Shown here: piece after piece, positions 55,365-64,000 of the stretch
How positions within the stretch are numbered: position 1 is the stretch's first letter
How the letters are laid out: each line of letters opens with the position of its first letter
NCBI GenBank assembly: GCA_963719225.1
Contig: CAVRAY010000001.1
Coordinates: 3,264,001-3,328,000 of the forward strand
Length of the DNA stretch: 64,000 nt
Origin: Thermoanaerobaculia bacterium
GTDB lineage: Bacteria; Acidobacteriota; Thermoanaerobaculia; UBA5066
Direction: 5' to 3'
Position numbers and translations under genes: made by a program
The notes under the pieces: model-generated
Database searches by the model: none
What the model was told of the DNA's origin: nothing
The model's input: the letters and a program-made list of their open reading frames with translations, nothing else

Positions 55365-58013
55365 TCAGAAATCGAATCGGCTCGTGAGGCCGAACGTCCT
55401 CGGCTGGTTCGTCAGGAAGCTTACGCGGGCGCGCAGTCCGCGCTCGCGGTCGAGCGCGAGGTACGCGCTCTCGTCGGTGAGGTTGTTGACGTAGAAGGCG
55501 ATGTCCCAGAAGCCGTGCCTCACCCCGAACCGCAGGTTGAGGAGGTCGTAGGCCGGCATCAGCGGGTCGAACGTGAACGTCGACTGTGTCAGCGGCCCGC
55601 CGATCGTGTTCGCCCCGAACGAGTTCAGGTTCAGCGTCCCGACGCCCGCCTCCTGGTCGGCGAGCTGCGTGTAGCGCGAGCCCACGTGGTTGTACGTCGC
55701 GGAGACGTAGCCCTGGAACCCCGGCGCGACGTCCTGCCGGTACGTGGCGGACACCGCGGCCTGGAACTTCGGCACGCTCGGCAGGCGGTTGCCCTCGCGG
55801 ATGCCCGTAGACGCCACGAGGTCGGGCGTCCCGGCGATCGTCGAACGGATCTGCGAGTTCGCGTAGCTCGCCGAGAGCGAAAGGTCGAAGTGGTCGTTCG
55901 GCGTCAGGCCGAGCTCGAACTCGCCGCCGATGCTGCGGCTCTTCGGCACGTTGAAGATGAGGCGCGACGAGCAGGAGCCGGCGGTCACCGTGACCTGGAG
56001 GTCGTTGACGTCGGTGTAGAAGCCCGAGACGCCGAGCGAGCCCTTCCCGTCGAGGAGCCTCGTCTTCGCTCCGACCTCGTAGTTCCAGGCCGTCTCGTCG
56101 TTCCAGCTCTCCCGGCCGCTGAACGTCACGCGGTCCTGCGGGGTGCACAGGTTGAAGTTGGTCGGGTCGTTGACGCCGCCGAGGCGGAAGCCCCGGGCGG
56201 CCTGCGCGTTCAAAGTCGTCGAGTCGCTGACCTTGTAGCTCAGGATGAAACGTGGCGCGACGCCGTTGGCGGTCGTCGTGCCGGGCTGGGACACGGGCTT
56301 CCCGTCGCCACCGGCGCCGAAGAGGCCGTCAAAGATCTGCGCCTTGTCTTCGTCGAAGTGGTAGTACCGCAGGCCGGCCGTCACGCTGAGCTGGCTCGTG
56401 AGGGCGAACGTCCCTTCGCCGAAGAGAGCGAACTGCTTGAGCTTGTAGTTGAGGTCCGAGTAGAAGAGGACGTCCTTGCCCGCGACCGTCCGGGTGTTTG
56501 CGACGCCGGTCGGCACCAGGGCCGCGAGGTCCTCGTAGCCGCCGACGTGCAGCTGCTGGTCGTAGTGGCGCTCGTTGTCCGCGTAGAAGCCGCCGGCGAC
56601 CCACTGGAACTTGCCCGCGGTCCCGGACGCGCGAAGCTCCTGCGTCCAGCCCGTCGCCTTCGTCGCGTCGTTCAGGGGCGAGTCGAGCGTGTAGATCGAT
56701 GCGGGCATCCCGTAGCTCCCGCCGGTGATGCTCGACGTCAGCGCGCCCGCGTCGCGCACGACGAGGATGTCCCGGTGCGTGTACGAGGTGACGGACGTCA
56801 GGACGACGCCGCCCAGCTCGAACTTCATCGTGAGGTCGGCGAGAAGGAACTTGTCCGTGTACGGCTCCGGGATCTGCGTGAACTGCTCCCGGTCGTCGAG
56901 GAACACCTTCGGCCGCGTCGTCGTGTACGGGTTGCCGAGGATGTTGAAGACGTCGGTGCGGTTCCAGCCGTCCGTCGTGGCCTTCTGGTAGACGACGCGG
57001 GGGATGATCGTAACGTCGTCGCTCGGGGCGATCTCGAGGGCCGAGCGGAAGCCCATCCGGTCGCCGCCGTTGAGGTTGTCCTTGACGGTGAGGTCGGGCT
57101 GGACGGCGTCGATGTACCCCGGGCTGTGGTCGTAGTACGCCGCCGTGCGCAGGGCGGCCCTGTCGCCGAGCGGGACGTTGAAGCCCGCTTTCACGCTGCC
57201 GCTCTGGCTCCCTTGCGTCGTCGTCGCGCCCGTGAGCTCGGCGAAGGTCTTCGTCAGCCCGAGCTCGGGCTGGTTCGTGATGTAGCGGACCGTGCCCGAG
57301 AGTGAGCCCGAGCCGAAGAGAGTTCCCTGCGGCCCGCGGAGCACCTCGACGCGGGACACGTCCACGAGGTCGAGGTCGGGGGTAAAGAGGGACATCGAGA
57401 TGACCGACTCGTCGAGGTACGCGCCGACCTGCTCCTTGACGCCCGGCTGGTCGCGCGCGATCTGGCCCGAAGAGACGCCGCGCATCGCGACCTGGCTCTG
57501 GCCCGGACCGAGGTTCTGGATGCTGAACCCGGCGACGTTGGCGGCCACGTCCTCGATCGTCTCGGCGCCCCGCTCGCGCAGGGCTTCTTCCGTCGGCGCC
57601 GCGACCGAGACGGGTGTCGACTCGACCGTATCCTCGCGCTTCATCGCCGTGACCTTCGTCTCCGCGGCGAACCGGAACTCGAGCGTGAAGTCCACGACGA
57701 CCCGAGCTCCGGCCGCGACCGCGACGTCCTTCCGGACGGCGAGGCGGAAGCCCTGCGTGTCGGCGGTGACCTGGTAGACACCCGGCGCGAGGCCCGCGGC
57801 TTCGTACACGCCCGAGGCGTTGGTCCTGACGACCCTCGTGGCGTGGCTCTCCTGATCGGTCACGGCGATGGGCGCGCCGGCGACGGCGCTGCCAGCCGAG
57901 CTCTTGACGGTGCCGGCGATCGTACCCGCCGCAGGCTGGGCGGAGGCCGGCGCTAACGGGAGAGCGGTGAGAGCGGCGCAGGCCAGCAGGATTGCAATCC
58001 GCGGCTTCGGCAT
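55365..58013 (-). CDS. TonB-dependent receptor with N-terminal carboxypeptidase-like domain
   Basis: Signal peptide, VTAMKRE, RVEVLRGPQGTLFG, beta-barrel strands and a C-terminal Phe. Confidence 0.93.
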   Translation of the reverse strand: MPKPRIAILLACAALTALPLAPASAQPAAGTIAGTVKSSAGSAVAGAPIAVTDQESHATRVVRTNASGVYEAAGLAPGVYQVTADTQGFRLAVRKDVAVAAGARVVVDFTLEFRFAAETKVTAMKREDTVESTPVSVAAPTEEALRERGAETIEDVAANVAGFSIQNLGPGQSQVAMRGVSSGQIARDQPGVKEQVGAYLDESVISMSLFTPDLDLVDVSRVEVLRGPQGTLFGSGSLSGTVRYITNQPELGLTKTFAELTGATTTQGSQSGSVKAGFNVPLGDRAALRTAAYYDHSPGYIDAVQPDLTVKDNLNGGDRMGFRSALEIAPSDDVTIIPRVVYQKATTDGWNRTDVFNILGNPYTTTRPKVFLDDREQFTQIPEPYTDKFLLADLTMKFELGGVVLTSVTSYTHRDILVVRDAGALTSSITGGSYGMPASIYTLDSPLNDATKATGWTQELRASGTAGKFQWVAGGFYADNERHYDQQLHVGGYEDLAALVPTGVANTRTVAGKDVLFYSDLNYKLKQFALFGEGTFALTSQLSVTAGLRYYHFDEDKAQIFDGLFGAGGDGKPVSQPGTTTANGVAPRFILSYKVSDSTTLNAQAARGFRLGGVNDPTNFNLCTPQDRVTFSGRESWNDETAWNYEVGAKTRLLDGKGSLGVSGFYTDVNDLQVTVTAGSCSSRLIFNVPKSRSIGGEFELGLTPNDHFDLSLSASYANSQIRSTIAGTPDLVASTGIREGNRLPSVPKFQAAVSATYRQDVAPGFQGYVSATYNHVGSRYTQLADQEAGVGTLNLNSFGANTIGGPLTQSTFTFDPLMPAYDLLNLRFGVRHGFWDIAFYVNNLTDESAYLALDRERGLRARVSFLTNQPRTFGLTSRFDF

Positions 58014-58077
58014 GTGGTCCTCCTCGTTCAGTCGCTCGCGCGAGCGTCAGGTGGATGCGTCGGCTCGAGGCGCCCTT

Positions 58078-58105
58078 AATATGGCGGGCCCCGAACGTTT
58101 GTCAA
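58078..58105 (-). promoter_or_regulatory. Putative sigma70 promoter of the TonB receptor
   Basis: TTGACA (58100-58105) - 16 nt - CATATT. Confidence 0.4.
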
Positions 58106-58292
58106 ATCGAGAGGGAGCACCGCCCCTGTCGATTTCCTTGACGGAGGCGTCAGGATTGTCCTTTCGAAGGGCGGAGGAACTCCAGGGCGGGAACAAAACG
58201 GTCCATCGGACCCCGCGCGTGATTCATCTGTTTCATCGACGCGGAAACGTCCCCGTCCATACGTTGCTTCTAATGCTGGTCCCCGTGCGGTC

Positions 58293-58751
58293 GTGAAGAC
58301 GAGTCGAGGCTTCTCCGTCCTCCCGATTCCCCTCACGCTGGCCTCCGCCGCGGCGGGGCTGGCGTTCGGGATCGGCGCCTATGCCTTCCACTACGCCAGG
58401 GGCTCGTCCTACATGGGAAACGACCCGGCGACCTGTGCCAACTGCCACGTGATGGCCGGGCACTATTCCGGCTGGCAGGCGGCCCCGCACCACCAGGTCG
58501 CAACCTGCAACGACTGCCACACGCCGGCGGGGCCTGTCTCGAAGTACACGGTGAAAGCTCTCAACGGCTGGCATCACTCCCTCGCCTTCACGCTGGGCGG
58601 CTATGCGGACGTGATCCATGCACGGCCCGAAAGCTCGGCGGTCGTCGAGGCCAATTGCCGCCGTTGCCACGCCGACCTCGTCGACTCGATGACACACGGC
58701 GGCGACGTGTTCTGCATCCGCTGCCACTCTTCGGTCGGGCACCAGCGCTGA
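58293..58751 (+). CDS. nrfH: Cytochrome c nitrite reductase small subunit (tetraheme)
   Basis: TM anchor plus CANCH, CNDCH, CRRCH and CIRCH. Confidence 0.9.
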   Translation: MKTSRGFSVLPIPLTLASAAAGLAFGIGAYAFHYARGSSYMGNDPATCANCHVMAGHYSGWQAAPHHQVATCNDCHTPAGPVSKYTVKALNGWHHSLAFTLGGYADVIHARPESSAVVEANCRRCHADLVDSMTHGGDVFCIRCHSSVGHQR

Positions 58752-58787
58752 AGGCCGATCCCGACATCACCTGAGAAGGAGCACCTC

Positions 58788-60476
58788 ATGTCCGCAGAGA
58801 ACCAGGCCCCCCCGAAGAAGCGCGGGCTCCTCGTCGCCCTCGTCGCGGGCGCCTTCGCCCTCGGGGCCATCGGCGCCGCCGCCCTGCTCGTCAACATCGC
58901 CGAGCGCAAGCAGGAGGCGAAGAACTCCTACGTCAAGCTCGTCCAGGTGACGGAGAACGACGTCGACCCGGCCAAGTGGGGCACGAACTGGCCGCGCGAA
59001 TACGACGGCTATAGGCGCACGTCCGAGCCGACGCACACGAAGTACGGCGGCGGCTGGGGCGGAGCCGAAGGCGTCGTGCCGCCGCAGAAGGCGGCGCGAG
59101 ACCCGTGGCTGACGCGGATCTTCGCGGGGTATCTCTTCGCAGTCGACTTCCGCGACCGCCGCGGCCACAGCTACATGCTCTTCGACCAGGAGAACACGAA
59201 GCGCAACGTGCCCGCCGAGGCCAAGCAGTCCGGCAACTGCCTGCACTGCCACGCCTCGATCATGCCGCTCTACAAGAAGCTCGGAAAGGAAGCCGCCCCC
59301 GAGGCGAGCGAGGCCGAGCAGATCCAGAAGGGACTCGCGACGATCGGCGAGCTCGGCTACTGGGACGCGCACAAGAAGCTCGAGCAGCTCACGGGCGGCA
59401 AGGCCCATCCGGTCTCGTGCGTGGATTGCCACGACCCCGCCTCGATGGAGCTGCGGGTCACGCGGCCCGGCTTCATCGCGGGCATCCAGAAGTTCGCTGC
59501 GTCGACCGGCGACGCGACGCATCTTCCCAGCGTCGAGCGCTGGCGCAAGACGAACCGCGTGCGCGCGTACGATCCCAACGTGGACGCGACGCGCCAGGAG
59601 AAGCGCTCGTACGTCTGCGGCCAGTGTCACGTGGAGTACTTCTGCGGCAAGGGCACGACGATCTTCTTCCCATGGGCCGAAGGGATGAAGGTCGAGGAGA
59701 TGGAGCGGCTGTACGACGGAATGCAGGCGAAGGGGCAGCGCTTCAAGGACTGGACTCACGCCGAGACCGGCATGGAGGTCCTCAAGGCTCAGCATCCCGA
59801 GTTCGAGATGTGGAGCCAGGGGATTCACGCCCGGAGCGGCGTTGCCTGCGCCGACTGCCACATGTCCTACCGTCGCGACGGCGCGCAGAAGATCTCGGAG
59901 CACTGGGTCCGCAGCCCGCTCCTCTCGGCGAACCGCTCCTGTGCGACGTGCCACCCCTACAGCGACGAGGAGCTCAAGGGCCGCGTCGAGTCCATCCAGG
60001 ACCGCCACTTCGCCCTCATGACGCGGGCCGGGCAGGCGGCGACCGCGATGATCGACGCGATCGTCGCCGTGCGGGCGCCGTACGACGAGCAGAACCGCGC
60101 CGCTGCCGCAGCAAAGGCGAAGGAAGCGCTCGAGAAGAACGCGGACTTCGCGAAGCTCGGCAAGGAGGACCAGGCGAAGAAGCTGGCCGCCGAGACGAAG
60201 GCGAACCTGCTCGTGGCGTGGCGCGCGGTCGTGGAGAAGGACCCGGCCATCAAGGAGCTGGGCGAGCTGCAGCGCGCCGCGCAGTGGCGCCTCGACATCG
60301 TAGCGGCCGAGAACTCCATGGGCTTCCATGCTCCGCAGGAGATGGCACGCATCCTGGGTGAGTCGATCGACCTGTCCCGCCAGGCTCAGATCAAGGCCGG
60401 CGAGATCCTTAACGGCAAGGTCTTCACGGCGCCTCCGGTCGTCCTCGCCAGGAACACGACGACGATTTCGCGGTAG
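58788..60476 (+). CDS. nrfA: Ammonia-forming cytochrome c nitrite reductase (pentaheme, CxxCH-type first site)
   Basis: CLHCH, CVDCH, CGQCHVEY, KAQHPEFE, CADCH, CATCH and AENSMGFHAP. Confidence 0.92.
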   Translation: MSAENQAPPKKRGLLVALVAGAFALGAIGAAALLVNIAERKQEAKNSYVKLVQVTENDVDPAKWGTNWPREYDGYRRTSEPTHTKYGGGWGGAEGVVPPQKAARDPWLTRIFAGYLFAVDFRDRRGHSYMLFDQENTKRNVPAEAKQSGNCLHCHASIMPLYKKLGKEAAPEASEAEQIQKGLATIGELGYWDAHKKLEQLTGGKAHPVSCVDCHDPASMELRVTRPGFIAGIQKFAASTGDATHLPSVERWRKTNRVRAYDPNVDATRQEKRSYVCGQCHVEYFCGKGTTIFFPWAEGMKVEEMERLYDGMQAKGQRFKDWTHAETGMEVLKAQHPEFEMWSQGIHARSGVACADCHMSYRRDGAQKISEHWVRSPLLSANRSCATCHPYSDEELKGRVESIQDRHFALMTRAGQAATAMIDAIVAVRAPYDEQNRAAAAAKAKEALEKNADFAKLGKEDQAKKLAAETKANLLVAWRAVVEKDPAIKELGELQRAAQWRLDIVAAENSMGFHAPQEMARILGESIDLSRQAQIKAGEILNGKVFTAPPVVLARNTTTISR

Positions 60477-60493
60477 CGAGGGATGCCGAGCCG

Positions 60494-62011
60494 TCAGGCG
60501 TGGATGTCACAGGGCGCCGCGACCGGCGCGGGCCCCGGAGGATCCGTATCGCCGAGCTCACGCCGGAGCGCCGCCATCCGTTCGCGCAGCTCCCGGACGC
60601 GCCCTTGGTGTTCCGGTCGGCTCGCGAGGTTGATCGTCTCGTCCGGATCGGCCTTCAGGTCGTAGAGCTCCCACTCCTCGGGCTGCTCGAAGAAATGGAT
60701 GAGCTTCCAGCGCTCGGTCCTGATCCCCCGGTTCTTGCGGACGCAGTGCGCCGCCGGGTACTCGTAATACTCGTAGAGAAACGCATCTCTCCAGGGGACC
60801 TCCCGGCCCTCGAGGAGGGAAGCAAAGCTCTTTCCGTGAAGTCCCGGCGGTGGGTCGACGCCGGCCAGCTCCAGCAGCGTCGGCGCGAGGTCCACGTTGA
60901 GCACCATGTGCCGAGAGTCGACGAGGCCGCGACGGGACCCTCCAGGGAACCGCACGAGCATCGGAATCCGGATCGACCCCTCGTACATCAGCCGCTTGTC
61001 GAAGAGGCCGTGCTCACCCAGGAAAAAACCGTTGTCCGAGGTGTAGACGACGACCGTGTCGTCGGCGAGACGCCTCTCGTCGAGAGCCTGGAGCACCCGG
61101 CCGACGTTCTCGTCCACCGCGAGGAGGACACGGTAGTAGTTCTTCACGAGCTCCTGGAGGTTCCGCCGCTTGCGCTCCTCGCGTGGAAGGTCGGGCGGGA
61201 CTCCTCGGTTCGCGAAGTCGCCCATGTCCGCGATCGCGTTCGACGCCCGACGGACCGCCTCCGGACGTCCTTCCAGGCGGTCTTCGAACGTGCGGGGCAC
61301 GGGGATCTCGACGTCGGCGAAGGCCTTCTCGAACCGGGCCGGGGGCTCCCACGAGCGATGCGGAGCCTTGAAGTGGACGAGCAAGCAGAAGGGGCGCTCG
61401 GGCGCACCCGAGGCGCGGAGCTGCGCGAGGGCCTGATCTCCTACGACGTCCTCGGAGAATCCGCGCATCTTGATCGCCGCGCCGTTGGCGATCATCTCGG
61501 GATCGAAATACTCCCCCTGCCAGGGGAACACGACCCACTCGTCGAACCCCGACGCCCCGGGACTCCCTCTCAGGTGCCATTTCCCCACGATCGCCGTCCG
61601 GTAGCCGGCCTTGCGTAGCCGCTCGACGTACGTCGTCTGACGCTCGATCCCCTTCTGGTCGCCGAAGGCGGGTGGATCGGCGTTGGAGATGTAACCGTGC
61701 GCGTGCGAATAGAGGCCGGTCAGGAAGGACGCCCGGCTCGGTCCGCAGAGGGAGTTCGTCACGAAGGCCTGCTCGAAGCGCACGCCCTCGCGCGCGATGC
61801 GGTCCATGTTCGGCGTCTTGAGAATCCGGTTGCCGGCCACGCTCATCGCGTCAAAGCGCTGATCGTCCGTCATGAAGACGACGATGTTGGGGCGTTTCTT
61901 CCTGTTCTCCTGGGGGATCGGCAGAAGCGCCGCGGCGGACCGCAGCCCCAGGCCGGCGCCCGAGGCAGCGAGGAGAGCGAGCGTGTCGCGCCGGGTGATC
62001 AGTCGTTTCAT
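60494..62011 (-). CDS. Tat-exported Cys-type sulfatase
   Basis: TRRDTL signal; TDDQ, CGPSRASFLTG, GKWH, SDNG and DKR. Confidence 0.92.
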   Translation of the reverse strand: MKRLITRRDTLALLAASGAGLGLRSAAALLPIPQENRKKRPNIVVFMTDDQRFDAMSVAGNRILKTPNMDRIAREGVRFEQAFVTNSLCGPSRASFLTGLYSHAHGYISNADPPAFGDQKGIERQTTYVERLRKAGYRTAIVGKWHLRGSPGASGFDEWVVFPWQGEYFDPEMIANGAAIKMRGFSEDVVGDQALAQLRASGAPERPFCLLVHFKAPHRSWEPPARFEKAFADVEIPVPRTFEDRLEGRPEAVRRASNAIADMGDFANRGVPPDLPREERKRRNLQELVKNYYRVLLAVDENVGRVLQALDERRLADDTVVVYTSDNGFFLGEHGLFDKRLMYEGSIRIPMLVRFPGGSRRGLVDSRHMVLNVDLAPTLLELAGVDPPPGLHGKSFASLLEGREVPWRDAFLYEYYEYPAAHCVRKNRGIRTERWKLIHFFEQPEEWELYDLKADPDETINLASRPEHQGRVRELRERMAALRRELGDTDPPGPAPVAAPCDIHA

Positions 62012-62498
62012 CTGCCGCCTAACCGATCATAACGCTGCGAATTCGTGTCGCTTCGACTCTTGATTGCCATAACGGTGCCCTTCGACGCCCGCCTACGGGC
62101 CCAGTCTCCGCCAAGATCGAATCAGCTCACGACGAGCCGCGCGTGCATGCCGGATCACTGTACGAACGAGAAGACCATCAGCGACGAGCCTGCCACTACC
62201 GCCCGTACGCGGAATCGTGATCGGGATGCAAGGAAATGAAGCGGAGGAAATCGCCATCACGGAACGCGAGTGCACGGACCTTCTGACTCAGCCGCAACGA
62301 GTAGGCGCCGGCACCGTTAGGCGCCTCTAGGTGCTTGATCTCCTCCCAACGGAAGCCCGTGTGCCGATAGACCGCGCTCCAGTCCAGCTCGCGTAGACGA
62401 CGCAGAGACGACACGACCTGCTTCAGCTCCGCCATTTCAAGACGAAGGAAGACATCTTGAAACACTGGGCTGTTGAGGTCGAGTCGGACCCGTCTAGC

Positions 62499-63521
62499 TG
62501 TAAAGGCTCAGGAGGTTGTTCACCCGGGTTAACCGGTGGAATGCTGTTGGTGCGAGCAGCAGGACCCCATCGGAAAGGACCCGGATGAACGCCCATAGCA
62601 GAGCAAAGACGAACCCCCGAAGTCGAGAGCTATTAGTCGACAGAGTAAAGGCCGAGGGCTGGAGCCGCCGGAAGGCGGCGGAAGCCCTTGGCCTTAGCGT
62701 CAGGACTGCCGCCAAGTGGCTCAAGCGTTTCCGAGAGGAGGGCGCTTTAGGGCTGCTGGATCGGTCGAGTCGGCCGCGAAGCTCGCCCCGCCGCACTCCC
62801 GAGAATCTTCGAAGGCGAGCCCTCGAGCTCAGGCTGAAGCGTCTTACCGGGCGTGAGATTTCCGAAACGATGGGGCTTCCGCGGGCCACCGTGAGTCGGA
62901 TTCTTCGAATGGCCGGGCTGGGGCGCCTGCGCTCACTCGAGCCGCCCGAGCCACCGAATCGTTACGAGCTCCCGAACCCGGGAGACCTTCTGCACATTGA
63001 CATCAAGAAGCTCGCCCGCATCGTCGGAGGCCCCGGCCATCGCATTCACGGCGACCGCACCAAGCGGAAACGCCGCGTCGGCTATGAACACATCTATGTC
63101 TGCATCGACGACCATTCCCGGCTGAGCTACGTCGAGCCGCTGAAAGCGGAGGACAAACAGACGGCCACCGGTTTTCTCGAGCGTGCCATCGCCTGGTACC
63201 GCGCCTCAGGCATCCAGCCCCGACGACTCCTCACCGACAACGGCAAGGTCTTTACCTCAGGCACTTTCAATGAAGTCCTCGACAGGGCCTCGATTCGCCA
63301 CGGCTTTACTCGCCGCTACCGCCCGCGCACCAACGGCAAGGCCGAGCGCTTCATCCAGACCATGCTCAGGGAGTGGGCCTATCGCCGCTCTTACTCTTCC
63401 TCAGCAAAGCGCCGTCACGCCCTGCCGCGATGGCTGCACTACTACAATTTCCATCGCCAGCACTCCTCACTCGGAGGTAAACCACCGGTGTCCAGAGTGA
63501 ACAACCTGTTTAGCCCCGACA
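62499..63521 (+). mobile_element. IS481-family insertion sequence, 1023 bp
   Basis: TGT...ACA ends; imperfect 25-bp IRs sharing AGGTTGTTCAC; 6-bp TSD TCTAGC at 62493-62498 and 63522-63527 (NCTAGN target). Confidence 0.95.
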
Positions 63522-63526
63522 TCTAG
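62585..63526 (+). CDS. IS481 DDE transposase
   Basis: HTH, DRSSRP, HIDIKKL, LTDNG, TNGKAERF and YN..R.H; the stop TAG is supplied by the TSD. Confidence 0.95.
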   Translation: MNAHSRAKTNPRSRELLVDRVKAEGWSRRKAAEALGLSVRTAAKWLKRFREEGALGLLDRSSRPRSSPRRTPENLRRRALELRLKRLTGREISETMGLPRATVSRILRMAGLGRLRSLEPPEPPNRYELPNPGDLLHIDIKKLARIVGGPGHRIHGDRTKRKRRVGYEHIYVCIDDHSRLSYVEPLKAEDKQTATGFLERAIAWYRASGIQPRRLLTDNGKVFTSGTFNEVLDRASIRHGFTRRYRPRTNGKAERFIQTMLREWAYRRSYSSSAKRRHALPRWLHYYNFHRQHSSLGGKPPVSRVNNLFSPDI

Positions 63527-63822
63527 CGCCTGCGGCCACGCGACCGGCTCGCGCCTTTCGATGGCCGGACCTGGAGGCTATCTACGTCAGTTTCCTTCGG
63601 AGCCGTCGTCGAGGCCCACGCGAGACCGCGCGCGATTCGCGAGCGATCAGGCTCCTGCAGCGTCCAGAGCTGGCTCTCGGGCACCACCGCCACAGCCGTC
63701 AGGATGATGGTCCCATCCCGACGATGATCGACGCGGAGAGCCTTTCCCGCATACGTCTTGCCGAGCGAGATCTGCCCGCTCTTCCCGACGACCTTGATCT
63801 CGGAACCACTGACTTGAGGCAT
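63523..63822 (-). CDS. Putative AbrB/MazE-like antitoxin
   Basis: IKVVGKSGQISLGK...DGTIIL swapped-hairpin-like N-terminus; TAGCAT box and AGGAG SD; overlaps the start of the disrupted downstream gene. Confidence 0.7.
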   Translation of the reverse strand: MPQVSGSEIKVVGKSGQISLGKTYAGKALRVDHRRDGTIILTAVAVVPESQLWTLQEPDRSRIARGLAWASTTAPKETDVDSLQVRPSKGASRSRGRRR

Positions 63823-64000
63823 CCCATTCTCCTGCCATCATGCTATCATGCGCTCCCGAAAGCGGTCGAGGGACGGATCTGACCGCTGCCTTCAGCTCCG
63901 AGGGTTTTACCTTCACCCCGGACGGCGAAGTCATCCCGCTGCTTCAGGGAGCGCCGTGCGCTTTCCAGCCTTGGTTTTCGGGCGTTTCATCGGCGTCCTC

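Larger units (their letters stand above)
62196..63539 (-). pseudogene. Putative type II TA toxin (RelE-like by context) interrupted by IS481
   Basis: Removing the IS and one TSD restores a 104-aa ORF from GTG 63539: MAAGARRVRLDLNSPVFQDVF...YSLRLSQKVRA...DHDSAYGR. Confidence 0.72.

Noticed and set aside
351-61618. Long alternative-frame ORFs (e.g. 351..2474, 4901..7282, 33105..35159, 34937..37258, 55206..57305)
   Set aside because: They are Arg/Pro/Gly-rich shadow frames of motif-bearing genes, expected at this GC content. Several track ORFs (18186, 32061, 37536, 39137, 52024) were trimmed to their real starts.
62012-62195. Integron attC/attI site: GTTAGGC just before the sulfatase ATG, plus two GTTATG on the minus strand
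   Set aside because: No matching RYYYAAC inverse core or attC-like hairpin after the toxin gene, and no integrase seen.
63870-64000. Possible gene fragments at the right edge (plus strand DLTAAFSSEGFTFTPDGEVIPLL; minus-strand frame ending at 63944)
   Set aside because: Too short and cut by the window edge to support a call.
1-64000. CRISPR arrays, tRNA and rRNA genes
   Set aside because: No regularly spaced repeats or cloverleaf/rRNA-like segments were seen by eye; intergenic gaps are short. A covariance-model scan was not possible.

Overview
High-GC, gene-dense bacterial chromosomal window. Gene content (TonB receptor with N-terminal carboxypeptidase-like domain, class D-like sortase, M56/BlaI, ASPIC/UnbV, CHAT protein, NrfHA) suggests Acidobacteriota, possibly Thermoanaerobaculia; this is inference only. 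About 55 real CDSs can be picked from many GC-driven shadow ORFs. No rRNA, tRNA or CRISPR array was seen. Main findings: (1) a fluoride riboswitch with an SD-sequestering hairpin controls a dynamin-like GTPase, back-to-back with a unit carrying two unannotated membrane microproteins, a cation/H+ antiporter, crcB and DUF190; (2) a dispersed AT/purine-rich motif with a TTTCTTNGAA core, plus a palindromic cassette, sits in-frame inside several genes; (3) a lower-GC gene pair encodes a Zn-protease fused to a FrpC-like self-processing module; (4) an ASPIC/UnbV + flavin halogenase + ABC transporter cluster; (5) a LeuB/LeuCD-like operon that has a CoA-transferase and an HMG-CoA-lyase-family enzyme but no synthase; (6) an orphan tail-tube gene bracketed by a 91-bp diverged direct repeat; (7) a complete IS481 element that decapitates the toxin of a TA-like pair; (8) widespread leaderless-type promoters. 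All family assignments come from motif recognition by eye, not from database searches.
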